A stretch of 64,000 nt of DNA from Marsupella aquatica (Eukaryota > Plantae > Marchantiophyta): NCBI GenBank assembly GCA_973895155.1, contig OZ316897.1, positions 17,280,058 through 17,344,057 on the forward strand, given 5' to 3'. The notes under the pieces were generated by a model. That model searched no databases and had not been told where the DNA came from. It saw only the letters and a program-made list of their open reading frames with translations. Shown here one piece after another: positions 40,301 through 60,330 of this stretch (positions are counted from its first letter, which is position 1; every line of letters begins with the position of its first letter). The translations under genes were made by a program, and so were the position numbers.

Positions 40301-41088
40301 TCAGGAGTGGTGGGGAGTTGCCACCAGATTGAAGTCCAATTTTGTTGGGTTTTTTTTATTGAATGTTTTTACCTATCAACTCATTAATCTAAATTGACAA
40401 TGTTGTGGTAGCAGTAAGATACGTAGAAGGAATGAAATCAGAGATACAAAAGAGGAATCAGCGTTATTGTGGTATGGAGAATCCATTCAACCTGTGTGCG
40501 CTTGTCACATAACAAAATACACCATATGCTGTTGCTTTTTAATGTGCAATTACAAAAAGGCTTATTGGTGGGGGGTAGTGATAACTCCACTTCAAAAAAC
40601 AACAGTGGGATCTCTAAAAAAAACACTCAATGGTATAAAAGAACAATCAGGTTTATCATGATATAGAAAATTCATTGAATCACTGGGTGTTTATTCCAGT
40701 GGCACAGTACACCTTATGGTACTAGATGATAATAAAATCATTCTTCTGTTTGCATGTTTTTCTGCAGATTATTTATCCCAGTAGCACAGTACATCTTATG
40801 GTACTAGATGATAAAGCATTCTTCGCAGATTAGGGACCAGCAATCTGAAAGAGAGTTGCTTAACATTCAGAAAACACACAGTGTTGACTCCCCTGTTATA
40901 GACGGATTGATTGGTCAATGTGGCCTGGGGTGTAGAGGCCTGGTCTGTGCACATGCACCATCGTCGCTTTCGGATCACATATTTTCTGTTTAATATGGCA
41001 TGCCAAAGCAGGGCCATGAGTGAGGTACAACCATGGACATTAATTGGTTTTACAGTCAGGACAAAAACCTTACTGATCACCTATGAAC

Positions 41089-41249
41089 GGATCAGATGTC
41101 TAAGTTAATCACAGCCAGAAGACCTTGATTATGGCCGTGCTTTGACACACCCTATGATTATGAGGATGCTTTGACATACCCTAATAGGATGTGTCAAAGC
41201 ACTACCATAAGAAAGGTCTTATGGAGGTGAATTTTTGGACATCTGATCC
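41089..41249. repeat. Imperfect ~160-bp palindrome (MITE-like fold-back)
   Basis: ggatcagatgtc...aagacctt..ttatgg..gtgctttgacacaccctat pairs with ataggatgtgtcaaagcac..ccataa..aaggtctt...gacatctgatcc. Confidence 0.7.
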
Positions 41250-41405
41250 TTGCAGATCACATATCTAGGTTATCTATAAGGTTTTTGTTTTGGGCATACA
41301 AGGGTTTCATGTCGTTGCCAGTATTTCACTTAAGGGGCTCTTTTCACACACCCCTAATAGCTCCTTGAACAAAGCACAAGCGTCCTTCCCACAAATGGTA
41401 AAATC

Positions 41406-41521
41406 ACAGATTCATTCTTGCAACATTGACACTTCGTGCAGAAAGTACAGATTCATTCTTGCAACATTGACACCTCGTGCAGAAAGTACAGATTCATTCT
41501 TGCAACATTGACATCTCGTGC
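41406..41521. repeat. 41-bp tandem repeat, ~3 copies
   Basis: acagattcattcttgcaacattgaca..tcgtgcagaaagt at 41406, 41447 and 41488. Confidence 0.9.
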
Positions 41522-44394
41522 TGAATCAAGGAGCCGCCCAAGGAAAACATTCGTCCCATTTCGCCCTTACAGTGCATGTTTCCTAGGACGAGGTGCGCAT
41601 GAAGCTACCATGGCTCAATGCAATTCCGGGCATCGCCGAGTGAACACCTCAATTATTGCTGGGTCCATCGAATGATCCAAATGCAGCAGCAAGTTAACGC
41701 ACACGTACTCCACGAAAAGCACATCCCCGTCGCTGCTACTAATCTTGTGAGCCGCCACTATGCTCGGCATCGTGGGGTAAGTGGTTCATCGCGGGATCCA
41801 TGGGCTTGGTGATGAGTGAGACAGACTCCATGAAAGCTAGCCAAGGCTTGAGCTGGGTGATGGAGGGCTTTTGTCATTCGCTCATTTCCAGTTTTGGGGT
41901 GTTTTGTCCAGGAGGTTGGTAGGTGTCCATGCAAAGAAGGATAAGTGACCCAAAAGTAGATTTTGAGGACACCATAGAAGCACCAGAGTGACCAACCAGA
42001 AAAACAAAAAGAAACCAGACCTTAGTTGCCATGCATGCACTTTCCTTCAGATGTAATTTTTACGGGCGTGGCGTGGGTAATCAATGGGCAGTCAGACAAA
42101 GGCAGGCAAGAGGGGGTAAGGACTGTTCACCAGGGGACGGCTCATTTGCAAGCACTGATCAATAAAGGATTACGGGAAGAAGCTAACAAACTGTCAACTG
42201 CTTAGGCAAACGTTGTGGGCGGAAGCAGAGGGTATGGCAGCAGGGGACCTCTCCGTGACAGCAAACAGCAAACAGTAAATAGCAAACAGCAAACAACAAA
42301 ACTCATACCAGCAAATATACAACAACAAAAAGACACCGAATGATAACAATATATATAATAAATATCATTTGAACCCCCAAAGTCAAGGTTTTATTATGCA
42401 CCTTACCCAAAGTTTGTCCGATCATGAGCATAAACTTTCATAAAAAACTCGTTGCGCGAAAAGAATTTTCACATTATGTTGGACCTCAAGCGGCCCTTGA
42501 GTACATTTATACTAGCGCCCGACGCTATAAGGAAAACATCCTAATCAATACCTCTTTGAACTACCGGCTAGAGTAATAGCGTCGGGCGCTACTCTAATAC
42601 GACACGCCACGGAGTTCTTCTTTCGTGTCGTTGAAGTGCCATGTGCAAAATGCATGGAATGCCATTGGGAAAACCTCATCCACAGCATTCTGAAGCCCCT
42701 TCTCTCTGTCTGAAATGAAAACAGTACCAACAACAAACAACTCTGGAATTGCATCATCGGGGAACCTGGAAGTTGAATTTCACAAGACACAAATTGGAAG
42801 GCTATCTGTTAGACAAAGGGCGCAGAAAAGACCAGGCAATTGTCAAGACATGGTGGCCTACCAGTTGGATTCCTGGTGAGGAGTCAAGACGTGACTGCCT
42901 ACCCAGCTTTCTGATGGATAGAGGTGTACAACAGCAGGGAGACATGACTGTTTCCTTGTTGAAGAGCTCGGATGCGAATTGGAATGCTGTACTGGGAAAT
43001 TCGAGAGGTTCTTCACAGGGGCTTTTGATCAAAGAGTCCTAATACGTATTACTCAGCAGTTGACCTCAGAAAAATCAACGCCAAGACTGGGGGACCCTGG
43101 TACATGACCTTGCGGGAAGGATGGACTGAGGGGCCGGCAAACTGGCTCTTGCAACCAGATATTTCTTGTCATAAATTTTATTTACTTCAGTCTTTTTCCC
43201 GAAAGGGGGCCACCCGGAGCTATACGAGTGGCTTGAGGCGTGTCACCGTCCATACATCATGACAAAACGAATCTTCTCGGAAGACATGAGCACCTCGTCT
43301 TGACTATCTGCGCTTATAACCACTTTAGGCTACGTTTGAAAGTAATAACAGCAATCATTGCATAGTTTGGTAGTTTTCTGTATATGTCCTGGTCGTGCTA
43401 TGTACGAATCCTCCACTGTGCGAAAGTTGTTAGTCTCCACAAATGCAGCACTCGGGAATTCATACATTAAATCAGTACAGAAACCCTTTCAGTGCAACGA
43501 ATATTTGTGGGTCGGTACGAGATTTGATGAGCTCAGACCAGTATAATTTTCTACGATTGGCTACCAATATGTCTTCTTTGTCAATACAGGGACACCAGTA
43601 CAAAACATCGCAGTCTCAGATGTGGCGAATTTGATTTCTATGAGTGGGTGGAATTGGACTCTGAATTGAGCAGCAGTCCGGCAGTAGAATATCATCACAC
43701 CTTTTGTTTAGAATTTACTTTCTATTTGTTTAAGAAATTTAAAGACATACCAGGTAGAGACATCTCAGCAATGGTATTACTTTGTTACGCGTGAAACAAA
43801 CCCTTTGTCAACTTGATTATGCGTTCAGGTGATGATACGAGACAATGCAGACGAGTTCAAATGACGGTGGAACTTGTGACTTCTAAAAAGGTGAAGGACG
43901 CTTGGAATTCAGAACAAGTCGTGCTCACTAGTTAGAATTTATGACACCAGTCGTGCGCAGTAAGTGAAATTCACCACTTCTATCATCGAACCAGTTTCAG
44001 GTTCAAAAATTGTGTTGGAGTACATAGAATGTACACGCTTGATCCATAGAATGCTAGTCCAGCTTTACCAGTGGAATTTACCACATCGGAAAAGTATGAG
44101 CTTTGGGCGATTCAGATGGTCAGGCTGGGAGGGATGTTATCATCCAGAAGGACCCAAAAATCGGCCTGGAAGGGCCTCAAATAAAATGGATGTCCCAGAA
44201 AAAAAATAGGCTGAAGATGAGTGATGCTCATCAACAAATTTCGTGAAACAATGCGTACGAACAAGGGCCTACTTCAACGAGATTGGCGCCAGTGGGAAAA
44301 ACCCCGAGTCAAATTGTTCATATGTGTACAACGATAATGTAAGCAGTGGGAACATGTTCGTAGAGTCCCAGCACCACGAGAGGCGGAGAGATTT

Positions 44395-50738
<6,344 letters not shown>

Positions 50739-52937
50739 TTTGTTGACCTTCCCTCGATCTCCTGGCCTGTCCTGCTCTGCTATGCTCTGCCCTGCCAGAC
50801 TCTACTTTGCTGCTTCCTCTCTGGAATGCGCTACAGAGGTGGTTCGGAATCAACGACCACACGCTGAACGAAGAAGAAGAGCATGCACAGAACAATGAAT
50901 AACAGCAAAACCTCAAAAACCTCAAGCACGCAAACGAAATCTATCCTCATCTGACGGAAACTTGTCCACACGGACTTCTGCCCTCTGTGCTGGCTGATTA
51001 GTGCAATGTCAATCTCCAGAATTCCGTTTCAGGAAGAAAACCTCGCTCATCTCTCGCCGGCTCTCTCGAAGAGAAACGCTTCAAGAATGGCTTGCGTTTT
51101 ACCTTTTCAACTTTGCTCCCGTCGGTCTGTATTGGGTAAGTCACACCTCGTTGAACGCTCAGCTCCAGATCCAATCTCCTAAGGTAACAGCCGCCCTGGA
51201 GGTCCTCCTACACATTGGAGGCTTCGTCCTTAGATCACTACAGGTACCAATCTCTCTCGAATTTCTGTGAGTTCTTCGTTCCTGCTGGAGTTCACCGGAG
51301 CTGCCTCACACCCACATTCTTGCAATACCGTTCAAGAAGTGGGAAAGATGGGAAAGGCAGATCTCTGTCATTAAGTACTGGTTGAGAGCACCATACCATC
51401 ACCCCACAAATCTGTTCAATTAGAGGTTCTGATTATTAACGCTAATGAGTGGAGAACACATGCCTCATAAAATGGACGGAGAATAAGGTTGACTCAGCAG
51501 ATTTAATTAATATAATAGTACTACAAGCCTACGAGGGCTATGAAGAAACCTGGCCGAATCAGCTTAAAGCCTATAGGGAAGAAGCAGCCACTCTACTACT
51601 GCCACATGACCGGATAGTCTCCCACTCTCCCTAGTCCCTACAGTACACGCCGTATGACTTTCTCATGCACCGATTTATTATTACAGTAGTCATCCAACTC
51701 ATTCTCCGCTGGTTCCCCTGCTTCACACCGACAGTTTAGTACCCCAGTCCAGTAATCTCACATCCAAAGTCAGACTACGCGTGTTCTCCAAGCTCATTCC
51801 TGGACAGAACTTTTGCCTCTGCTGCTGCTATTGGCCCCGTATTTCTGTATCTAGCTAACCGACCGTGAGATCGTCCCACCCTACTCAGCTATGTACTACA
51901 CTACAACTACTCCGTTCGCAATTCCCGAAGGAGTCAATCCTGGTATGGGATACCACGTCAAAACCAGAACAATGTTGAAAGAGCACCCAAACCACTAGAA
52001 TAGAAAAGTCCGTCCCCTGGTGAAGCGAGGACCAATAAAGGCTACAACAAAGGTCTAGGAACTCTAGCAAATATGCAAAACCAAGCCCAATTTCCACCTA
52101 TACGAGTCAGCGTGGACCACGCGCTCTGCAGTAGGAGCCCAATGTGACAACGTCCACCTAAAGGAGTCAATCTTGAAACTCAAAGCTCTGTAAGCCTAAC
52201 TTCAACCAAAACCAGTCAATCTTGAAACTCGGAGCTCAGCAAACTGATGAGCAGTGCTGTTGTTTTGTTTGTTTGCTGGGAATTTTCCACAAACACGTGC
52301 AAACTCTGGAAAGGCAGAGAGAGAGAGAGAGATCTACTCTTCTACGGCGCAATTGAAACTCTGTTTCGTCTTCCTGGCGATCCTCACAGTCCAACAAGAT
52401 TACAGCAAGACCAATCGAATTGCAGCTCATGCTTACGCATGTCCCCGGGCCCAAAGATGGTTGACTCTTTACAAGTGTTCACTTCAAGGCAAAAAGGTGC
52501 AGACTAAACACTAAAGAGCCCCAAGCCCAAGAGTCGAACAAGACCCATCAAAACAAATAGATTCAATTGGCAGTCATGATTACGAGATGCAGACACGGCG
52601 CGTTTCGACTACTGGAGGTCTGGAGCGGTGGAGCAGGAGATGGTAATCATTCTCTGAGCTACAGATTGCAAGAATGATGCTTTGGTGGGGTCATGGACTC
52701 AAACAGTAGACTGTTGTTACCAGAAGAGAGTTGGTTGCCTGGTTGGTATGTTGGGGAACAGCTACTACTGTAGAACATTTCTGGGTTCCCAATAATTGAC
52801 ATTATTTTTAAGTGGAAGATTTTCGTAGGCCGAACTGAACCCAGCAAAGCCGGAGACGACGCCGCATTCTCGGCACATGCGGGTCCAGAACCCGCAGTGC
52901 GAACGAGCATTAGTGGGAAACTCATTTGTTATTGCTC

Positions 52938-53385
52938 GTTGGATCCTGCACTGTTTAATTTCTAAGGTTTGTCCAGTTGTTCTTTTTTTGCCATGGTGTG
53001 AATGTCACATTGTGCAAAGGAGAAGATGCTGAGAACACCTCTATTTCTTTAGAAAAATTTCTGACCACTGGATCTCCCTAGATTTAAAGATAACCGTTGG
53101 ATTCTGGCTAATGGGTTGTGTGGCTCCGTGGAAAACTGGCTAATGGAAGACCAAATTTGTTAATTTTTGCATTGGATCCGGCACTGTTTAATTTCTATGG
53201 TTTGTTCTTTTTTTGCCATGGTGGTGAATGTCACCTTGTGCAAAGGAGAAGATGCTGAGAACATCCCTTCTCTATTTTTTTTAGATAAATTTTTTACCAT
53301 TAGATCTCCCTATATTTAAAGATAACTGTTGGATTCTGGCTAATGGGGTGTGTGGCTTGGTGGAAAACTGGCTAATGGAAGACCT
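52938..53385 (+). repeat. Two tandem copies (~230 bp) of the dispersed module also found at 18.3 kb
   Basis: ttggatcc.gcactgtttaatttcta.ggtttgt...gccatggt..gaatgtcac.ttgtgcaaaggagaagatgctgagaaca...gatctcccta.atttaaagataac.gttggattctggctaatggg...gtggaaaactggctaatggaagacc x2. Confidence 0.85.
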
Positions 53386-53859
53386 AACAAGAAAATGGCC
53401 TGGCCACTCAATGCTGTCTATATATTACTACATGGTGTCCATAGCGCATCGAAGGTGAGTACGTACAATGCTAACTACATTGAGTGAGTCCAGAGATGCA
53501 TAGAGTTGTTCATCACTGGCCTGATTACCTTGTTCTTTGAACGGAACCAGGGATGAAACAAACAAAAACAATCTTACAATTGAAATCCTTATTGTTTCCT
53601 ATCATCTTTGTTTGCATCCTTGTTACATGTATGCAATTTGAGTTATTTCGTTAGATTCCCGGTCTAGAGGCTTCACTCTAGACATTTGAATTATCCCATT
53701 AGAAAGGTCCACAATACCTGCCTAAACCTTCACTTTGAGATTGATGTGAAATCATGGTCTAGAGGCTTCACTCAAGACAGTAGCCCTGGTGACTAGGTTG
53801 AGATCAACCTTTATCAGTAAGATTGGGTGTCCAGCAAGCATAGACTAGCAGTAGTAGTC

Positions 53860-54215
53860 TGTTGAGCATAGACGACATTCGCAACGGCCGAGGCAACGGC
53901 AAGCCCATGAACCATCCAACGCACAATAGTCGACACAGAGAGATACGTGGTTCACCTCCACATGAGGCTACGTCCACGGGAACACACAAGAGCTTTACTG
54001 CACTCTAGGCCGACCAGCCATATCAAACATCCACAGCACAAGCTCTCCCTATCTCTCAACTAGCTCCGTAACAATGAGCCTAAGTTCCGCCAGGGTCTAG
54101 CATCAGCCCTGGCTATATGCACACCAGCTCTACCGCTAACATTAGCTAAGTCCTAACCAGAGTTAGACTAACTGTGGTTAGCTCATGAGTCACAAGACTA
54201 GAGCAATATTTAACA
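53860..54215. mobile_element. Solo LTR (356 bp), same family as 11183-11526 in opposite orientation, 5-bp TSD TAGTC
   Basis: TGTTGAG...TTAACA termini; TAGTC at 53855-53859 and 54216-54220. Carries an extra ~12-bp internal duplication (gcaacggc). Confidence 0.9.
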
Positions 54216-55609
54216 TAGTCTTCTTTGCGAAAAGCAAGGTTCCGAACTCGATTCCAAATTCAAGTTGCCTAAGTTGATCAGCTTTGCACAAACCCCATCC
54301 CAAAGTGAGGTTCACCAAAGCACTTTGTACACAAAAGACTTGACACTTAGCCCCGGGGGAGTCACTTGGTATAAAACCCCTAAAACATGTGACTCGAACA
54401 AACCAATAAAATTTGGAAAAACAAATTAAAAAAGACCATATTCCCGCTCATATTAAGTTATTAATGGTCACTTCAAAGACTATGCATGCTCTTTTAGATT
54501 TAAAAACAACTGCTCAATCATACTCAGTGATTAGTCCATGCTCACTTGACATGATCAAAATTGAGAGGTCACTTGTACAAGAAATCTCCCAATCCTACAT
54601 GGACTGGACTTTGAGTGATTTTAAACCACACTCTATATATGTGTCACAACCACATGCACGGATGCTACCTCAGGCCAACAGGCAAGGTACTGGCCCCAGT
54701 GGAGCAGCTTAAGCTCACTTATAGGGAACAATCTCTCTATATTATCAAGCTCAAGGAGTCTTCTCGGGGGTCTCACTATATAGGGACCTCCCCATCACCT
54801 GCGATGTTTTTAGGCCTCGGACCCCCTAAAATGTAAGAAAAAACAATTATATTTTAACCCCTATAAAGATGGAATATTCTAAATTGGATTAAAAAGACCC
54901 TAATATTCTTATAAGTCTCAAAATTGAATAAAAAAACCCTATTGTTCTTCTGCAAAAATTCTTAAGTCTTCTCACACTATTTGGCTGGAGATGGAGGGGG
55001 CCATGGAGAAATAAAGGGCAATAATAAAGATGCATTCATGATTGGAATTATAATTGTAATAAATCGTACAACCTACTCAGCCCAGCCCAGAGGGGGGGTG
55101 GGGAGGTGGGGGACGACACATGGATACCTCCCAAAAATGTGACACATATATGGTAACATCTCCCAAAGGATGACAAATGTCACATCTAGTAAGCTGGTGG
55201 TGGAAATTTTGGTGTATTCTTAGGGGCAGTTTCAAGGTCCTACCCAAACTGAATAATTGCAAGAACCCAATTACTTTCCAAGTTAGTCTTGTTCTATACT
55301 AGTGCATTTCAAACCCCTCGCCCCCACCCACCAACAACAAAAAAGCTCTCAAATTGGTACGTACTCTTATATTTTTCTTTGGTTACTCTAGTATGTCCAT
55401 CCTTGCAATTGTCTAAGTAAGGGGCTCAATTGTTAGCACCAACCATGGATTTCCAGACAAACATACAATTCCAGATAATCCAACTTACCATTGATTTGTC
55501 TAAAACTCTATTAGTCTAAAGGGGCAGATATGAGAGCTCCTGAGAATCTGGAGAACTCAAGAGCACATCAGGTCCCCATCATTCTTGTAAAGCCCGCCTC
55601 AAACCATAA

Positions 55610-55641
55610 TCTTCTTCTTCTTCTTCTTCTTCTTCTTCTTC
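55610..55641. repeat. (CTT)n microsatellite
   Basis: About 10 CTT units read directly. Confidence 0.9.
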
Positions 55642-56579
55642 ATGGAAGGCAAGACATGTATTAATTGATTGGTTGCTACAAACAAGAGTGTATGAAATTA
55701 AACCTTGAGGTTATTTCAAAAGCAAAAACTTTTGTTGTTATGAAGAATAATTTTATCTCTGGCAATAGGGCCTGATTATGCTAGTCCCGATACTAGTAGA
55801 AAAAGGGTGGGTTTATGACTGCAAATTCCAACTTAGCTTAACTACTTTTGACTATCTCTTTGGAACTATCTACCGTATATAGTCAATAGTTACATATAAA
55901 ACTAAGCATCTCATTTATTCCCAAAATTAATCCGTGGACCCCCATGTTCATCCAAGGAATGTGTACGTGTGTGATGAAGTGAAATATTTTCAGCAAGGTG
56001 GTAACCGATAGTTTTGAGTCTCCCAGTAGTCTTGGTTGACATGATCTCTTTGGTTTATCAAACGGAAGGTTGAATGTGGAGGAATTGATTTTTTTTACAG
56101 TTTTCGCTTACACATTGGAGAAATCGTGTTTCTACCAATCCTAATTTGATCGTTGTGAGTTACGTTGAGCATTACCGCCACAAGACAGACCAGAGGACAA
56201 CACTTAGTTGTTGGCGAAATGGTGCTTGTCATTTTGGTGGGAAGAACACACAAAACGGACGAGCCATCACTTCACATGAAGGTTTTGTAGTTTTATTTAA
56301 GAAAGCTATAATGTGAGAGGAAGACCAACAATTGTTTCTTCAACATAGAGGCTACATTTGGCGTTAACTTGTGTTCAGAGTGAGCTTCATTTGAAGCCTG
56401 GAAGGACGCAAACAATTTAAGCTGGGAAGCAAAAGTTGCAGACAAGCAATGAAGACATAATCAAAGAAATCAATTTGCAGCGGCTAAGTTTGTGACGGTG
56501 ACGGGATTGTGACATCTCTTAATTGAAAAAGGTTTCCAATGAGCCTCAGATTGACAATTAAATTTTGTCAATTTCCAAA

Positions 56580-57030
56580 TGAGTTTCTAAATTTCTCAAC
56601 CTTTGCAATGAGTGAAACAATAAGAAATTTTGATCATGAGTTTATGAATTCTTTTAGCTTTCGGACAACATTGAGTCCGACATTGACAAATTTCATGTCA
56701 AATTTTGTCACGGTACTAAAGAGTTCATGATGTTTTCAATCTCTCTAGCATTCTAGTGTATGACATTGGGAGTATTCATCAAGAATTAGGGCGATCATGA
56801 GTATCCAAATTTCTCTAGCTTTCAAATGAAACCTAATATTGATAGATTTGGTCAAGTACCAAGGAGATAATGAGTTTATAATTTTACTCTAGCTTTCCAA
56901 TGAATGTGACATTGAGAGATTTTATAAAGACACTACTAAAGAGGTCATGAATTTCTAAATTTGGATCTTGAGCTTTCCAATGAATCAAACATTGACAGAT
57001 TTCATCAAGTACATACTAAGGAGTTTGATT
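56580..57030. repeat. Degenerate tandem array (~65-80-bp unit), probably a DNA-transposon remnant
   Basis: Recurrent ct(ct)agctttc.aatgaa...acattga.agattt..tcaag...tactaa.gag.tcatga. The transposon origin is inference. Confidence 0.6.
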
Positions 57031-58018
57031 ATTTAGTTTTACAATGTGGAGCCAAAGGGTTTCTAATTATGTACATTAATTTCTATCGATTGATTTTTTC
57101 AAACTTGCAAACAATTAAAAAATGCAAGCATTTTGATGTAAAACATTAATATATCATTGACAAACATCAGAATGCTAACTTTATTTTACTAAATTACATC
57201 TCTTCCTTTGTATGCTGATTTTTTTTACATTTAATACTTACGGCATGGCGCCCCCAAAATTACGTTGCTTTTGCCACAAACATGAATGTGCAATTTTGTT
57301 ATTGTCAAAAATACAATTTTCCGTGTTTGTGGTTGGCTGTGCTGATGTGGTACAACCTCGTGATAGGGAATTTGCAAGGGACCTCTCATGGGGGTCCGTA
57401 ATGAAAAATGAAATTAAAAGACAAATTTGAAAAATAAGATTGAAGGTTTTGAAAAACTTTAAATGTACGTACATAGATAAAAATTAAGATAGGTTCATTG
57501 AAGATTACATGTAAAACAAAAAAGTCCTCACTCCTATTGTGTGACCATTCCATGCTTAGACTCCACATTGACACCTCAAGGGGGGGTCACTTCCACAAAT
57601 GTTAACATCATGGGCAAACAAAGTAACTAAGGGGCATTTTATTCAGTTTAGGGAAGTACTTAGAAGTAGCAAGCTAGGAAGTAAGGGGTAACAATTCAAA
57701 AGCGCCACTTGTCATCACATGATTCATTGCTTGCCCCATGTCATTAAATGATTGGTGGGTTTTTTGAGCTTCCCATTCCTTTTAGAGAAAGTGGTTAAAT
57801 AGGGGCATTTGCACAAGGTATACAACAATTTCATAGGGTGAACCCCCCAAGATTGACACCCTTGTGTCCTTGTGCACTAGTCTTAGTCCCCCCCCCGACA
57901 ACAATGCTACAACAACAACAGTGACTAAAATGATAACATTTTTGCAACAACACCAACCCAGCCAAAATGACAAGACTTCCACACTTCCTAACTATGATAG
58001 ATAGTCACATCTTATCTT

Positions 58019-58222
58019 ATCTTATTTTTAATTTTTTAAAATTTTTTTAAGGGGAAATCTGTGAAACCCTACAGAAAGGGAAGAGACAACCACAAAAGTT
58101 GAACCCAAGACCTATCAATCTCTACTCAAGTGAACTATCACAAAGTCAGCCACAAAAGTTGAACCCAAGACCTACGAGTCTCTACTCAAGTGGACTACCA
58201 CAAAATCATGTCTCTCTGGGCA
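58019..58222 (-). mobile_element. SINE copy with duplicated tRNA-like head, A-rich tail and 14-bp TSD
   Basis: TCACATCTTATCTT at 58005-58018 and 58223-58236. On the - strand there are two heads tttgtg.tag..cacttgagtagaga...taggtcttgggttcaac, then ctgtagggtttcacagatttcccc and an A-rich tail. Confidence 0.85.
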
Positions 58223-58576
58223 TCACATCTTATCTTTAAATGGCTGTATTATAAAAAATTGATATATTCCTTGCAAAGAAAAGGCTGGGATTAAATTATG
58301 ACATCTTTAATGCAACCATGTCTTTTAGTAATTTTTTTATCAATGATGTCTTTTGAGCATTGAAACCCTTACGACACACCTCTTTTGTGGAATGGCCTCC
58401 TTTTGCACAATGTCATCTTTTATGCAATGACTGTTTTTAATAATGACACCTTTTGCACAATGATATCATTTTTGCAACAACATCTCTTACACAATGTCAC
58501 CTTTAATGCAACCATATCCCCATATCTTCTCTGCAACACAGGTACTGAGCTAGTTGCAACATAAAGATCATATAAA

Positions 58577-58720
58577 GAGGCAGAGTGACAGCTCACTTGA
58601 GTAGGGACTCATAGATCTTGGGTTTAAAGGATGTTATTGTCAATAATTGGTGTATGTTGCCTTGGCTTATGTTGCCTCCCTTTTTGTGGGGTTTCTGTCA
58701 CAGATTTGGACTTTAAAAAA
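58577..58720 (+). mobile_element. Diverged SINE copy, same family
   Basis: gctcacttgagtagggactcatagatcttgggttt ... tgtggggtttctgtcacagattt..aaaaaa. Confidence 0.55.
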
Positions 58721-60087
58721 CACTAGACATGACTAGGCAATTGTAAAGAAAATGATGAATAATACATGTGACTAGAGTCAGGGCCAAGCTTGGTTTTCCA
58801 GCGTAACTGCACATGACTATCTTGTCATACTCATGACTTTGGTCACGACGATGTGATGCAATTTGGATGACCAGATACCAGTGACATGGTTCCATGTGCA
58901 GGACCTTCAGCAGGCGTGTCTCCTTTGGCTTGGATGGTTTTTGCCCCTTTGCCTAGTATTGATGGGGCTTGACCCTCCTGTTCAAAGACAAACACTTCAT
59001 CAATGAATATACTAGGAAAATTATATGGATGGAAAGATTTATATGACAAGATCCATTTTGGAGTATTTCTAGCCTTTTAAGTTTGTCTCCTATTTTCTTA
59101 TTTGTTTTATAATTTTTTTTGAGATGGGGGTGGGGCACATAAGAGAAGAAGTGAATGCATTGCCAATGTTTCCACAGATGCCTTTATAATTGGGTTGACA
59201 AACAATTTGGAAGTTAGTGTACTCTTTTGCAATGAGGGAAGTGTCTCTTCGTTCTCCTCTGGGATACTCTAACAATGTACCATAGATGGTATTGAGGTGG
59301 TATGATTGTCTTGGGCGTGACTCCTCTAGTACTGTGGGTTCAATTCTGGCCGTGCAAAAAATAAATACTTGGTAAAATTTTGGGCCTCACTTAGGGTGGC
59401 TTTACAAGAGGTTGGGGGCAGTTTCCACATTTTTTGGTCTGATCAGAGCCATCCATTTGGGAGAAATTGCTACTGTTCACTTTACAAAATGTTGGGGGCA
59501 CTTTCAACCTAACCTGTTATCAATCCTACATGGAATGCAGTGGGGCCCAATTTTTGCTTATGTGGAGCACTCTTTTGTCCTAGATTTTAGACCACCTCTC
59601 TTGGTGGTCTCTTTTTCTGGCCTCTTGGTTCATTTCTATTTTAAGTCATTTGCATTAAAAAGGGACCCACAAGTCCTTCATAAGATCATCTTTTTTCACA
59701 TTTACAAAGACTTTAGCCAAAGATTACGTGACATTCAGGGTGGAGTGGGTCCTCAATCTGTCTTTTAGTCAATCAATCTAGCACCATTGGCTGCACTTGG
59801 CTTTACAAGACCTTGGGGGCAATAAAAGGATTCGAAAAATGCTTTTAGCCCTGGGACACTATATTTAGTGTGTGCAATGGCCCTCCAGTTTGCTTTGGTA
59901 AAAAAACTTCCAAGTGCCCCGGAGGTCTTGTAAAGTACTCCTTACAAATATTTTTGGGTACTGTGGAAACCTCCACAGAATTTTATTATTAATGTTGGTT
60001 CCCAAGAAGATTGCACACATCTTGACGAGATATATGTCTGTGCAGGACCGTCATTTCACAACTGCGACATTTTGTGCAGGATGAAAA

Positions 60088-60330
60088 TCTGCTAAATTTC
60101 ACCTCTCTAAAAAGTGCTGACCGCTTTTGGCAAAAATTAACTAGATTTTCTGCCATCCATTAGGTACTTTCCATCCTAGCCACAGACCCTAGCCAAAATC
60201 TAAAGTCCACTTGCTAAATTTCACCTCTCTAAAAAGTGCTTGACCACTTTTGGCAAAAATTGGCTAGATTTTCTGTCATCCATTAGGTAGTTTCCCACCT
60301 AGCCCCATACCCCACTAACCAAAATCTAAG
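60088..60330 (-). repeat. ~125-bp tandem duplication containing an inverted partial copy of the 18.3/53-kb module
   Basis: tgctaaatttcacctctctaaaaagtgct.acc.cttttggcaaaaatt..ctagattttctg.catccattaggta.ttt.c..cctagcc...ccaaaatctaa x2. Confidence 0.75.

Noticed and set aside
42545-43300. Short ORFs downstream of the ME gene
   Set aside because: No recognisable domain or convincing splice structure.
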